Counted from the stretch's first letter, positions 9,687 to 18,658 are shown. The stretch is DNA of 36,316 nt from Promethearchaeota archaeon (GCA_016839585.1 JAEOTZ010000028.1:1-36316); one strand, 5' to 3'. Program-made: numbers and translations. The notes: a model not told the origin generated them from the letters alone.

Positions 9687-9761
9687 GTTATCATACCTAA
9701 ATTTGTATTTTATATGATCTTAGTTAATAGAATATAAATATTTTAAAGAGTCCAATTTTTA

Positions 9762-10115
9762 TCAGTTTGTTTTTATACATGCATTAATTACATTAAAGAC
9801 ATTGCTAAAATCAATCTGATCTTCCATTAATATTACAACAATTTTTTCTAAGATTTTAATTGATAAGATATAAAAATTATCTGAATGAATTATATTAAAG
9901 TCTGGAACATGAATTCCTATTTCTGAGGTAATTTCTTCAGCTAACTCATATAATTGAGACATATTTAATCCTATTGAGGATTTATTAAATTCATCACTAA
10001 TGTAAGATTTTATTATTACGCCATTTTCAGATGTAATTAATAAAAAATAGACTCCTGAACCTAATTCCTTTAGGATATTATCCAAAACTAGGTCGACGTC
10101 TAAACAAACAGTCAT
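9762..10115 (-). CDS. Roadblock/LC7 (MglB/LAMTOR-like) domain protein
   Basis: 117 aa with a helix / LLITSENGVII hairpin / helix / three strands / helix pattern. Confidence 0.7.
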   Translation of the reverse strand: MTVCLDVDLVLDNILKELGSGVYFLLITSENGVIIKSYISDEFNKSSIGLNMSQLYELAEEITSEIGIHVPDFNIIHSDNFYILSIKILEKIVVILMEDQIDFSNVFNVINACIKTN

Positions 10116-10263
10116 TGTTATATATATTAATTTTTTTATTTATAATTCTAGTTGAACATTAATTATTCGAGTTAAAATAATAGACTAAAACTAACTTTCA
10201 TATAAGGTTAATTTAGGAAAAACTGTTAGTAGTTTTAACTTTTTATGGATGGAAAAGATATTT

Positions 10264-11082
10264 TTAGATTATAAAATATTGCTCAATGACATTTTCAAAT
10301 TCATGAAATGGCGTAAGATCTCCATTAAAATCTTTTACATGAATCTCATAATACTTATCTACAAATTCTTCAGATATTAATTCAATATATTTTTGCATCT
10401 TATCTGTTTTTTTTTCCTTTTCGACTAAATAAGCAAAAATTACATCATTTTTAATATACATATAAAAGTTTGCTTTCCCGACGTTGATTGCTTCAAGCTT
10501 AAATCCAGATTCCTTGCCACCAATATAATCTTGCGAAAAACATAAAATCGCAGATATGAAACCAGCAATTTGTACTTTGTTTTGTGACATACACTTCTCA
10601 TCTTTGCAAACTTTTGAAAAATATAAGAATCCTGCTTCATCAACAATAAATAGCGCCAACATTCCTTCAACTTTAGGAATCTTAATTATTGTCCCGCAAA
10701 TCTTTTCTATTTCTAAATTTGAAATATTTGAGCAGATTCGGTGAAATAAGCTTTTTGAAAAATGATAAAGTTTTGTATAATCCATCCGATTTTCTTTATC
10801 ATCTATATAAATTATTACTAGTATATCTCCCTGTTTCTTGTCAAAAAAGTGGATATAGATTGTAAAGTTATCAATTAAATCCTTAATATAACCTTGTTTT
10901 TTTTCGATAATTCTCTCTTTATATAAATCAATGAGCTTTTGAATACATTCAATTGCCATGCCTTTATGGAAAATTATTTCATGTTTTCCTTCTGGATTTA
11001 TCTCAGAGACACTGAAACTTTCCATCTGAAAGATCAGAGAAGATTTATCCAAATTTTGAAAATTATCTTCCAAACTTATCAA
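10264..11082 (-). CDS. Longin-domain protein (C-terminal longin, N-terminal alpha/beta domain)
   Basis: LFIVDEAG..YFSK, IAGFISAI..FSQ, I..EFV.KY, F.GD...F..FE..I are typical of Asgard longin/sedlin-like domains. TTG start after an AGGGG RBS-like sequence. Confidence 0.75.
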   Translation of the reverse strand: MISLEDNFQNLDKSSLIFQMESFSVSEINPEGKHEIIFHKGMAIECIQKLIDLYKERIIEKKQGYIKDLIDNFTIYIHFFDKKQGDILVIIYIDDKENRMDYTKLYHFSKSLFHRICSNISNLEIEKICGTIIKIPKVEGMLALFIVDEAGFLYFSKVCKDEKCMSQNKVQIAGFISAILCFSQDYIGGKESGFKLEAINVGKANFYMYIKNDVIFAYLVEKEKKTDKMQKYIELISEEFVDKYYEIHVKDFNGDLTPFHEFENVIEQYFII

Positions 11083-11405
11083 TTTTTAAACCCCTTTTTT
11101 TGACTAAATTATTTTGTACAAAAATTTCTTTTTTGTACATAAAATGTAATAATGTTATTATATTAAAAACTTATTTATTAAAGAGTATGTTTGTCTCAGA
11201 GTATCAAATTTTTATATATCTTCTAATAATATTATATACTAACTATTTTATACAAATAAAAAGACAAATATAAAATTTTGTATCAAAAAATGATTTTTTT
11301 TATCAAAAGATCTATTTGTACAAAAAAAAATTTAAGAGTAGAATTAATAAACGAAATATAATTTGGATTGAGAAAGGATCTTACCGATTAATTTGTTTAA
11401 TTTAT

Positions 11406-11498
11406 CGGGCCTGGCAGGATTTGAACCTGCGACATCCCAGTCCGAAGCCGGGCACCCTTTCTGGACGAATATTGTTATCCAGACTAGATTACAGGCCC
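11406..11498 (-). tRNA. tRNA-Arg(TCG) with an 18-nt D-loop intron (20a/21) at 11459-11476
   Basis: Spliced 75 nt: GGGCCTG TA ATCT AGTCTGGAT|A GGGT G CCCGG CTTCGGA CTGGG ATGTC GCAGG TTCAAAT CCTGC CAGGCCC G. Anticodon at 11443-11445; A20 and G73 fit Arg identity. Confidence 0.92.
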
Positions 11499-11667
11499 AT
11501 ATTTTATATTTTTGTTGTGTATAAACTATGGAATTTTCAATAAAAAAATCAATAGGTTACAATATCCTCATTCATTATTTCTAAAAAATCTTATTGTAAA
11601 TAAAATAATGAATAAACTTAAAAAAAAATTAAGCCTGATAGAAGAAAATTAGGAAATCTCCACAGAA

Positions 11668-12099
11668 TTACTCATTTTTAAAATTGTTATTGATATATTT
11701 CAAGAGTAGTCTGAAGACTTTTATATATCGCAAACCTTGAGTAAGATCTCCGTCTACTTTGATTATTCCTTTCATATAAGCTTCAGATCCATACATTTCA
11801 CGTTTGAGGATTTTAATTATAATATCTTTAGTATAGCTTACTCTAAAAGTAGCATTTGGATTTATACCTCTCTTATACATAATCGATCCTCTTGAAATTT
11901 TCAACCAAAACTTAAAATTAATATCAGATAGTAGAATTTGATAAATGTAATCATAATCCATTATCTCTTCTTTCAACTCTTCTGTATTCTGTAAGAAATT
12001 TACTCCCAATTTTATAATTTTATCTAAAATAGCGATAAATTCTTCTTCCTTATTTACCAATTCATGAATTACAGAATTGAACTTCTTTGAGTCGAGCAT
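11668..12099 (-). CDS. SCP2 sterol/lipid-binding domain protein (divergent, basic)
   Basis: FWLKI..G, AYMKG.IKV.GD SCP2 signature; LKEEIMDYD resembles LKEELEDMD of the neighbouring paralogues. Confidence 0.85.
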   Translation of the reverse strand: MLDSKKFNSVIHELVNKEEEFIAILDKIIKLGVNFLQNTEELKEEIMDYDYIYQILLSDINFKFWLKISRGSIMYKRGINPNATFRVSYTKDIIIKILKREMYGSEAYMKGIIKVDGDLTQGLRYIKVFRLLLKYINNNFKNE

Positions 12100-12284
12100 G
12101 AAATCTTTATCTATTAAAGATTAAATTATACTATATCTTATACCAAAGATATTCTTATTATCTACATCGCCATCTATCAATTTAAATTTTTCTATATAGA
12201 CTGAAAGACAAGCTAATATGAAAAAAATTTTTATATTTTCAATTCTTTCTCTTCTTACATTAGATTTTTTCTTTCTAATAAAAT

Positions 12285-12394
12285 GCCCACATAGTGTAGC
12301 CTGGTCTAGCATTCGGGACTGTCACTCCTGTTCATTAATAGATAGATATTAATTGAGGAGAACGACGTGGGTTCAAATCCCGCTGTGGGCGCCA
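12285..12394 (+). tRNA. tRNA-Asp(GTC) with a 32-nt intron at 43/44 (12331-12362) and encoded CCA
   Basis: Spliced: GCCCACA TA GTGT AGCCTGGTCTA GCAT T CGGGA CTGTCAC TCCTG|CGAC GTGGG TTCAAAT CCCGC TGTGGGC G CCA. Anticodon at 12321-12323. Confidence 0.93.
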
Positions 12395-12493
12395 TTACCA
12401 TAATGATTTATTCAACTTTGATTCACTTTAATTTGATTTGATGAGCAAACCTCAATAAAAACTTTTGCTAAACTAGTTTAATCATAAAAAAGA

Positions 12494-12512
12494 GAAATAA
12501 AACCTTTTTAAA
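12494..12512 (+). promoter_or_regulatory. Putative BRE-TATA promoter of the first acidic SCP2 gene
   Basis: GAAATAAAACCTTTTTAAA; the first 17 nt are identical to the element upstream of the second paralogue. Confidence 0.6.
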
Positions 12513-12596
12513 TTTTCCATTGTTATTATAATCACTATTTAATGTATATAATTTTCAAAATAGGTATAAAAATAAAAAAATAGGTTGAAAATTAAA

Positions 12597-13028
12597 ATGG
12601 TTGATGAATCTTTATTAAATGATATTAAAGCTATTATGGACAAAGGAGCTAGCGGTGCAGAACCTGCTGACACTCTGAAATATTACGAATTTATCAAGCA
12701 GGTTTCTCAAGAAAATGAGGATCTTAAAGAAGAACTCGAAGATATGGATATAGCAATTCAAATGGTTATTACAGATAAAGAAGCTAAATATTGGCTTACA
12801 GTAAAGGAGGGAACTCTCGATTATGGCGAGGGAGATGTCGATAATCCTTCATTTACTATGTCCTCAACTCTTGAAACTGGTGCTGGTATCTTAATGGGTG
12901 AAGTTGACGCAACTAGTGCTTATATGGCTGGCGATATCACAGTAGAAGGTAATTTACAAGACGCTATGGCCTTTCAAGAGATTGTAGAACTTGCTGGAGA
13001 GGCCCTCGAAGATCTTCTTGAAGATTAA
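12597..13028 (+). CDS. SCP2 sterol/lipid-binding domain protein (acidic, paralogue 1)
   Basis: GEVDATSAYMAGDITVEGNLQDAM; ATG at 12597 after AGGTTGA (the ORF track starts at TTG 12585). Confidence 0.92.
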   Translation: MVDESLLNDIKAIMDKGASGAEPADTLKYYEFIKQVSQENEDLKEELEDMDIAIQMVITDKEAKYWLTVKEGTLDYGEGDVDNPSFTMSSTLETGAGILMGEVDATSAYMAGDITVEGNLQDAMAFQEIVELAGEALEDLLED

Positions 13029-13276
13029 TAAAATATTTTTGAGAAGATATTTCCGTTAAAAGACTAATCTTATTATTTTTTTTATCTTTCTTTTATAATC
13101 AATACTTTGTATATATTTCAAAATCCTTATTTTTTCAATCATACAATAGTAATATAAAAAAAATCTTTGAATACAAGTTTTTATATTTATATTCCATGTA
13201 TGTAATGGCTTGTTTAATTTAAGAATTCTTATTAATCTAAAATATCAGACTAATTTAATTTCAAAATGTACAGAAC

Positions 13277-13307
13277 GAAATAAAACCTTTTTATATATTA
13301 AAAGGTT
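13277..13307 (+). promoter_or_regulatory. Putative BRE-TATA promoter with an overlapping inverted repeat
   Basis: GAAATAAAACCTTTTTATATA; AACCTTTT-8 nt-AAAAGGTT at 13284-13307. Confidence 0.6.
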
Positions 13308-13390
13308 ATAATAAATTGTTATTTTTTTCAATTATAAGTAAATAATTCTAAAAAGTTGTTATAAAACTATTAAGAAGGTTGATAATTAAA

Positions 13391-13825
13391 ATGGTTGACG
13401 AATCATTATTAAAAGAATTAAAAGCAGCCCAAGATGCCGGGGCAACTGCAGCAAAGCCAGAAGATTTGATGCGAGTCTTCAAATTTATAAAGGAAATCTC
13501 TACAGAGAATGAGGATCTTAAAGAAGAACTCGAAGACATGGATATTGCTATCCAAATGGTAATTACTGATGCGGATTATAAATTCTGGTTAACTGTGAAG
13601 GAAGGTGACCTTGATTTCGGAGAGGGTGATGTAGACAATCCTTCATTTACTATGTCCTCCAATCTTGAGGTTGGTGCTGGTATCATGATGGGCGAAGTTG
13701 ACGCAACTAGTGCCTATATGGCTGGTGATATCACCGTAGAAGGTAATCTACAAGACGCTATGGCTTTCCAAGAGATCATCGAATTGGCACTCGAAGCTTA
13801 TGAAGATCTTGCAGAAGATTTATAG
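13391..13825 (+). CDS. SCP2 sterol/lipid-binding domain protein (acidic, paralogue 2)
   Basis: Nearly identical C-terminal two thirds to 12597-13028; ATG at 13391 after AGGTTGAT. Confidence 0.92.
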   Translation: MVDESLLKELKAAQDAGATAAKPEDLMRVFKFIKEISTENEDLKEELEDMDIAIQMVITDADYKFWLTVKEGDLDFGEGDVDNPSFTMSSNLEVGAGIMMGEVDATSAYMAGDITVEGNLQDAMAFQEIIELALEAYEDLAEDL

Positions 13826-13909
13826 AAATAAATCCCATTTTAGCCAATTCTATATAATCTTTTCTTTTTTTTTCTTTAAAGTAATTTTTAAATTAGTTTT
13901 AATTTTTTT

Positions 13910-15157
13910 TTAATTTCTTGGTTCTAGCTTAAAGAGTTTATCATTTTTTTTTACTGGCTTATCTACTAATATTCCAATAGTAATTGATTTTCCTTTTGAA
14001 GCAATTGGAGTTTCAGTTAAATTTTTTTTTTGTTTAATTTGAATTGATTTTATTATTTGTCGTAAGTAAGTTTCTGTATGAGTTCCGATAATAAATATTT
14101 CCTCGCCTAATTTAAATTTACTCCTAGTTAAAAGAATTTTAGCCGCTTGCTTTTCAGGATAATAAGAAAGCACTTTTCCAATCTCTATCTTTTTAAAACT
14201 TGAGACACTTCCTTCTTGTTTTGCTTCAATTTCGCTTCCTTTAGGCAATTCAAAATAAAATCCCGTTGAGAATCCTCTATTATATACTGTTTTTAAGCGT
14301 TTAAGCCATGCTTGAACTTTCTGGGTTGTAAAAGTATTATCATAATAAGCATCAATTGCTTCTCGATAACAATTAGTGACTTCTTCAACATAAATCGGAT
14401 CTCTCATTCTACCTTCAATTTTAAAAGCATCAATCTTCGCTTCAATTAGTTTAGGAATATGTTCGATCATACATAGGTCTTTAGTGTTGATAAAGAATGT
14501 ACCATCATAAATTAATTCATTATTTTCATCATCATAGACTCTCCATCTTCTGCGACAAGGTTGAGTGCATTTACCTCTATTTGCAGAATAATCTTGAGAA
14601 TTACATATTTCTGCTGAGAAATAACATCGTCCTGAGATAGAAGTACATTGTGCTCCATGAACAAATACTTCAATTTGACTTTTCTTAATTTTGTTTTTTA
14701 TTTCAGAGATTTGGTTAAGTGATAATTCTCTCGCAAGTATCAATCTTTCTGCTCCAAGAGATTCATAAAATTTAGCTGAAAGAGAATTAGAAACATTAGC
14801 TTGAGTAGAAATATGGAAATTTAAACCTTTTTCTTTTGCTAACTCAATAGCACCGATATCATGAACGATAACTGCATCCATTTCTGCTTCTAAAGCTTTT
14901 GTTAAGATTTTATCTATTAGTTCAATCTCGTTCTCATATATTATTACATTTGTAGTCAGGTAAGCCTTTATACTATTTTCATGGCAAATATTAACAATTT
15001 TATTTAGATCTTTAAGTCTAAAATTATCACTAAACATTCTCATATTTAGTGATTCAATACCAAAATAAACAGCATCAGCACTTTTTAAAACAGCATTTAA
15101 GGATTTATAATTTTTTAAGGGTGCCATTAGTTCGACTTTTCTATCTTTATCATTCAT
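13910..15157 (-). CDS. Peptidase U32 family Fe-S protein (TrhP/RlhA-like, probable RNA hydroxylase)
   Basis: ELMAP, ADAVYFG, HISTQAN, ILARELS, EVFVHGAQC.S.SGRC, NRGKC.QPCR, KIEGR. ATG at 15157 (ORF track gives TTG 15166). Confidence 0.9.
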   Translation of the reverse strand: MNDKDRKVELMAPLKNYKSLNAVLKSADAVYFGIESLNMRMFSDNFRLKDLNKIVNICHENSIKAYLTTNVIIYENEIELIDKILTKALEAEMDAVIVHDIGAIELAKEKGLNFHISTQANVSNSLSAKFYESLGAERLILARELSLNQISEIKNKIKKSQIEVFVHGAQCTSISGRCYFSAEICNSQDYSANRGKCTQPCRRRWRVYDDENNELIYDGTFFINTKDLCMIEHIPKLIEAKIDAFKIEGRMRDPIYVEEVTNCYREAIDAYYDNTFTTQKVQAWLKRLKTVYNRGFSTGFYFELPKGSEIEAKQEGSVSSFKKIEIGKVLSYYPEKQAAKILLTRSKFKLGEEIFIIGTHTETYLRQIIKSIQIKQKKNLTETPIASKGKSITIGILVDKPVKKNDKLFKLEPRN

Positions 15158-15259
15158 GATTTTCAATTTTTATGATAATTTATTTCTGATTTTATTAGAA
15201 TTAGTAAATAAGAATCTAAAAAAAAAAATACAATAAAGAAAATAAAAAAGAATTTAAAA

Positions 15260-16966
15260 TTAAATAATTGCTTGAAACCAAAGATAGAGAAATAATACTC
15301 CAAGCAGGAATTCAAAAAATACCCAGATATATCGCATATGTTTTGCATAATTTCGATGTCTAGCGCCAGATTCAGATTCTATCGTGTCTACTTGAATATA
15401 TGGGGATGGTCCTCGCCTATACCACCCTTTGATCCTAACTCTTTGCCCTACCAATCGCTTCACCTTAGAAAGAGAAAAAATGAGATCTACAATCCCTATA
15501 CCAAATCTATAATCTATATACATTAAGCCAGTGTGATCCTGGAAGTACATATCCTCACTAAAGTAATATCCTGGAATTCCTCTTCCAACGATTTGTCCCT
15601 CAACAACTGCAGGAACAGTTCGTATAGGTGACACTTTAACATTTGTTACAAGATCTAATACTGTTTTCGGTTCAAATCCACTTTTATACATAAATTTGGT
15701 TTTAAGAATGGAACCAAAGCCAATGACATAGAAACCAATAGCCCAAAGTAAAAGTATATTCTGTGCGGTTAAGAATCCAATCGTATAGAATCCTGCAAGT
15801 GCAAAAACCCAAACTATTGTAATTGCAAGGAGTGCAATGAATATTAAAGTTGGAAGAGATTTTATAAATATATCACCTAAAAATTCGTCTGCCATCGATT
15901 TCCCCGCTTGTTTTTCTTTTAATTCCTTAGCGAGTGAAAAATCAATTTCTGGGGTTAAACCATATGTAGCACATTGTTCATTTAGTCGCATAATTCTTTT
16001 TGCTGGTAAAGGATGCGTTGAAAATGCTTGATAATATTTTGCCCATGGATTGAATAAATCCCATGCTGCTGCTGCTTGAATTGCGTCCTGTGAAAATTTT
16101 CCTTGAGCTCCAACACTCATGATCCCCAATCCTTTTGCGGCACTAGGATCAAAAATACCTAAACCTCGAAGCGCACGAACTTTTGACTTCTTTCTTTCAT
16201 CAACTTGTCCATCAACTAGTAACCCATAAGCAATCTTTACTAGGCCTGTTGATAATGCATTTGGATCTTCTAAAACTTCTGCAGAATGCTCATCAGCATA
16301 ATATTCACGAATCCTACTAACTATTAGTGATATTAAATATCCCACATAATAACTTATATAACTTAAGGCAGCGATTACTATTAGAGCAGCCGTTATTGCA
16401 GATGCCTCATCACTATCCCTTCGACTAGAACGTGAAAAAAAGCTAGCATAATATGCCCAGCGAGCAATTGTTAATAAAACAAGAGGAATTGCAAACACAA
16501 TAGTCATCAAGATAAAATCTGAGTGCACAACATGACCTAATTCATGAGCAAATACTGCATTTTGCTCCTTTTCATTTAAATATTTAAGTATTCCATCAGT
16601 AATTACAACTCGGGCATTATTTTTAGTATGACCGAATGTAAATGCGTTTGGGTTGCCGTCATGAATAATGCCGAGTCTTGGTACTTTAATTCCATTTAAT
16701 GAAACAACCTTATCAAGGGAATTCGCTAGATGGGGATAACTCATTGCAAATTGTTCATAAGGAATCCAATCAATTTTATAGAGCCAGCCTATTATGTAAG
16801 GCGATATTAAGTATTGGAATAATACCATGCCAACCGTAATTCCAATCATTATTATCAAACCCCAAATTGAGGAGGGTAGGAACCAGACACCAATAACAAA
16901 CACAACTGCGTAAATGAGTGCGAATAATGAAGTAATTGCAAATCCAGTTGCTAATTTAAGTCCGAT
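15260..16966 (-). CDS. htpX: M48 zinc metalloprotease, HtpX-like, with a C-terminal membrane/OB-like extension; probable non-canonical start
   Basis: PNAFTFG, AHELGH, SRIREYYAD, STHP...RI. The frame continues 21-22 codons upstream of GTG 16903 (IGLKLATGFAITSLFALIYAV) to a TAA, with AGGTGAT just upstream. Confidence 0.85.
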   Translation of the reverse strand: MGLKLATGFAITSLFALIYAVVFVIGVWFLPSSIWGLIIMIGITVGMVLFQYLISPYIIGWLYKIDWIPYEQFAMSYPHLANSLDKVVSLNGIKVPRLGIIHDGNPNAFTFGHTKNNARVVITDGILKYLNEKEQNAVFAHELGHVVHSDFILMTIVFAIPLVLLTIARWAYYASFFSRSSRRDSDEASAITAALIVIAALSYISYYVGYLISLIVSRIREYYADEHSAEVLEDPNALSTGLVKIAYGLLVDGQVDERKKSKVRALRGLGIFDPSAAKGLGIMSVGAQGKFSQDAIQAAAAWDLFNPWAKYYQAFSTHPLPAKRIMRLNEQCATYGLTPEIDFSLAKELKEKQAGKSMADEFLGDIFIKSLPTLIFIALLAITIVWVFALAGFYTIGFLTAQNILLLWAIGFYVIGFGSILKTKFMYKSGFEPKTVLDLVTNVKVSPIRTVPAVVEGQIVGRGIPGYYFSEDMYFQDHTGLMYIDYRFGIGIVDLIFSLSKVKRLVGQRVRIKGWYRRGPSPYIQVDTIESESGARHRNYAKHMRYIWVFFEFLLGVLFLYLWFQAII

Positions 16967-17170
16967 AATTTATCACCTTTAATTTTAACATATTTTTAAA
17001 ATTTAGTTTTTAAAATTTTTTAGTTAGATTTATGTATCTTCTTATTTGCAAAATATTAAAACTTAGTATTTTTATTATTTGGTTAGAAAATATAAGTTAC
17101 ACAAAATTCAAACATTAGGTGTTTAAATATAAAACTTGTTTTAAAAAAATTATATCGTACAACTGATAGT

Positions 17171-17758
17171 TTGATTAACCAACAGTTTTATAAAGAAGGT
17201 CGTGATTTGATCATTGGTAGAACACCTGAAGTCGCTGTAAAAATTAGTAATTCTGGACAAATTGTTAGAAAATTTAAAGATTTATTTAATCAGAATTTAG
17301 ACTTATTCTTAGAGGGTAAGTATCTGAAATTTTTAAGCCATTTTAAGAGAATTAAGGGCGTAGATGAAATACTTTTAAAGGAAGTCTATCAAGATCTTCA
17401 ATTAAAATTTGAACATTTAAAAGATGCGGATCAAGATCATGTAAATATAGTAATTTTATATACAATATTTCTTAATTCTATTATTTCAAGTATAAGGGAT
17501 ATTAACTTTAACGTTGCTCTTGAAGAGATAAGAAAAAGAGTAAGAAAAAAGTTTCAAACCAATAATAAAGTAATTCAAAAGGAATTAGATAATCTTTTCA
17601 TGAGAAACAATAAGAACATCTCAATTTTATACAATATATCTTATCTTGACACTTTAGCGGAATCATTTAATTTTAATAAGGTTGCTCATGTTTGTAAGAT
17701 TCAAAAAAGTAAATTTATTAATCGTATAGTCGATTCTATAATTACTGCAATAATTTAA
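17171..17758 (+). CDS. Hypothetical protein (mainly helical)
   Basis: 195-aa ORF with TTG start filling the gap between flanking genes; no motif recognised. Confidence 0.7.
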   Translation: MINQQFYKEGRDLIIGRTPEVAVKISNSGQIVRKFKDLFNQNLDLFLEGKYLKFLSHFKRIKGVDEILLKEVYQDLQLKFEHLKDADQDHVNIVILYTIFLNSIISSIRDINFNVALEEIRKRVRKKFQTNNKVIQKELDNLFMRNNKNISILYNISYLDTLAESFNFNKVAHVCKIQKSKFINRIVDSIITAII

Positions 17759-17980
17759 ACCTTTTTCGAATTATTTCAAATTCGAGATTAGAATTTTTTT
17801 TTTATTTTAAAAGATAGAGAAATAGATTATAAATCAAAAAATCCGCTTAGATTTCTAAGATCCTTGATTATATGAAAAATGTTATAGTTCATGATAGATT
17901 TGAAGATTTTCCAGTAAAGCCTAAAGAAAAAGGTTGAAATTTCAGAAATGATAAATTTTGTAAAAATAATATGAATTTAT

Positions 17981-18646
17981 ATGTCATATATTTATATGAA
18001 ATCTTTAGAAAAAAAGGCAGAGAAATACGATAAAGGTATAAAAATTTTAACTTTAGGCAGGTTACCAAAAATAAAACAGTATGTTGTTGATAATTATTTA
18101 AAAAAAGATGAAACCTTATTGGATATTGGAATGGGGACTGGAACCTTCGCTATTTTATGTGCAAAAAAAGGTTTAAATGTTGTAGGTATTGACTTTTCAG
18201 AAAAGATGTTAGATATTGCAATAAAAAAAATAGAAATAGAGGATTTAAAAGATGTTATTGAAATTATTAAAATGCCAGTTATTGAATTGGATGAAAAATT
18301 TACTGATAATTCATTTGATAAGGTAACAGCAATTTTAATATTTAGTGAGCTTTATTTTAAAGAACAAGAGTTTTGTTTAACCCAAATTTATCGTATCTTA
18401 AAAGAAAATGGAGAATTTATATTGATTGATGAGTTTAAACCTAAAAGATTTTGGAAAAAGGTTTTATATGTTATAATAAGAATACCACTAACTTTAATGA
18501 CATTTATAAAAGCACATATAACTACTAAATCATTAAAAAATATCGAAAAACGGTTGGAAAATCATAGTTTCATAATTAAGGAAGAAAAATTATATTTACT
18601 AGACTCTTTAAAAATAATACGTTCAAAAAAAATTATTACAAAATAA
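17981..18646 (+). CDS. cpaM: Class I SAM methyltransferase, corrinoid-protein-associated (CpaM-like)
   Basis: Motif I LLDIGMGTG, GIDFS..ML, R.LK.NG; N-terminal YMK.LE....YD.GI..LTLGR; 12 bp upstream of the HgcAB-like gene. Confidence 0.75.
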   Translation: MSYIYMKSLEKKAEKYDKGIKILTLGRLPKIKQYVVDNYLKKDETLLDIGMGTGTFAILCAKKGLNVVGIDFSEKMLDIAIKKIEIEDLKDVIEIIKMPVIELDEKFTDNSFDKVTAILIFSELYFKEQEFCLTQIYRILKENGEFILIDEFKPKRFWKKVLYVIIRIPLTLMTFIKAHITTKSLKNIEKRLENHSFIIKEEKLYLLDSLKIIRSKKIITK

Positions 18647-18658
18647 TTTAGAGTATGT

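Noticed and set aside
11316-11543. 75-aa ORF (+)
   Set aside because: It is the antisense shadow of tRNA-Arg.
12121-12312. 63-aa ORF (-) in frame with the SCP2 gene at 12099, containing DGDVDN (compare SCP2 EGDVDN)
   Set aside because: It overlaps tRNA-Asp and its promoter, is separated from the SCP2 gene by TAA, and the match is too short to call a remnant or readthrough.
11406-12394. tRNAs as integration sites for a mobile element
   Set aside because: No integrase or transposase and no duplicated tRNA end were seen in the window.
17846-17945. 21-codon ORF (17872-17937, MKNVIVHDRFEDFPVKPKEKG) and short palindromes CTTAGATTTCTAAG and TGAAATTTCA upstream of the methyltransferase
   Set aside because: It could be a gene remnant or an operator, but is too short to distinguish from chance in AT-rich DNA.
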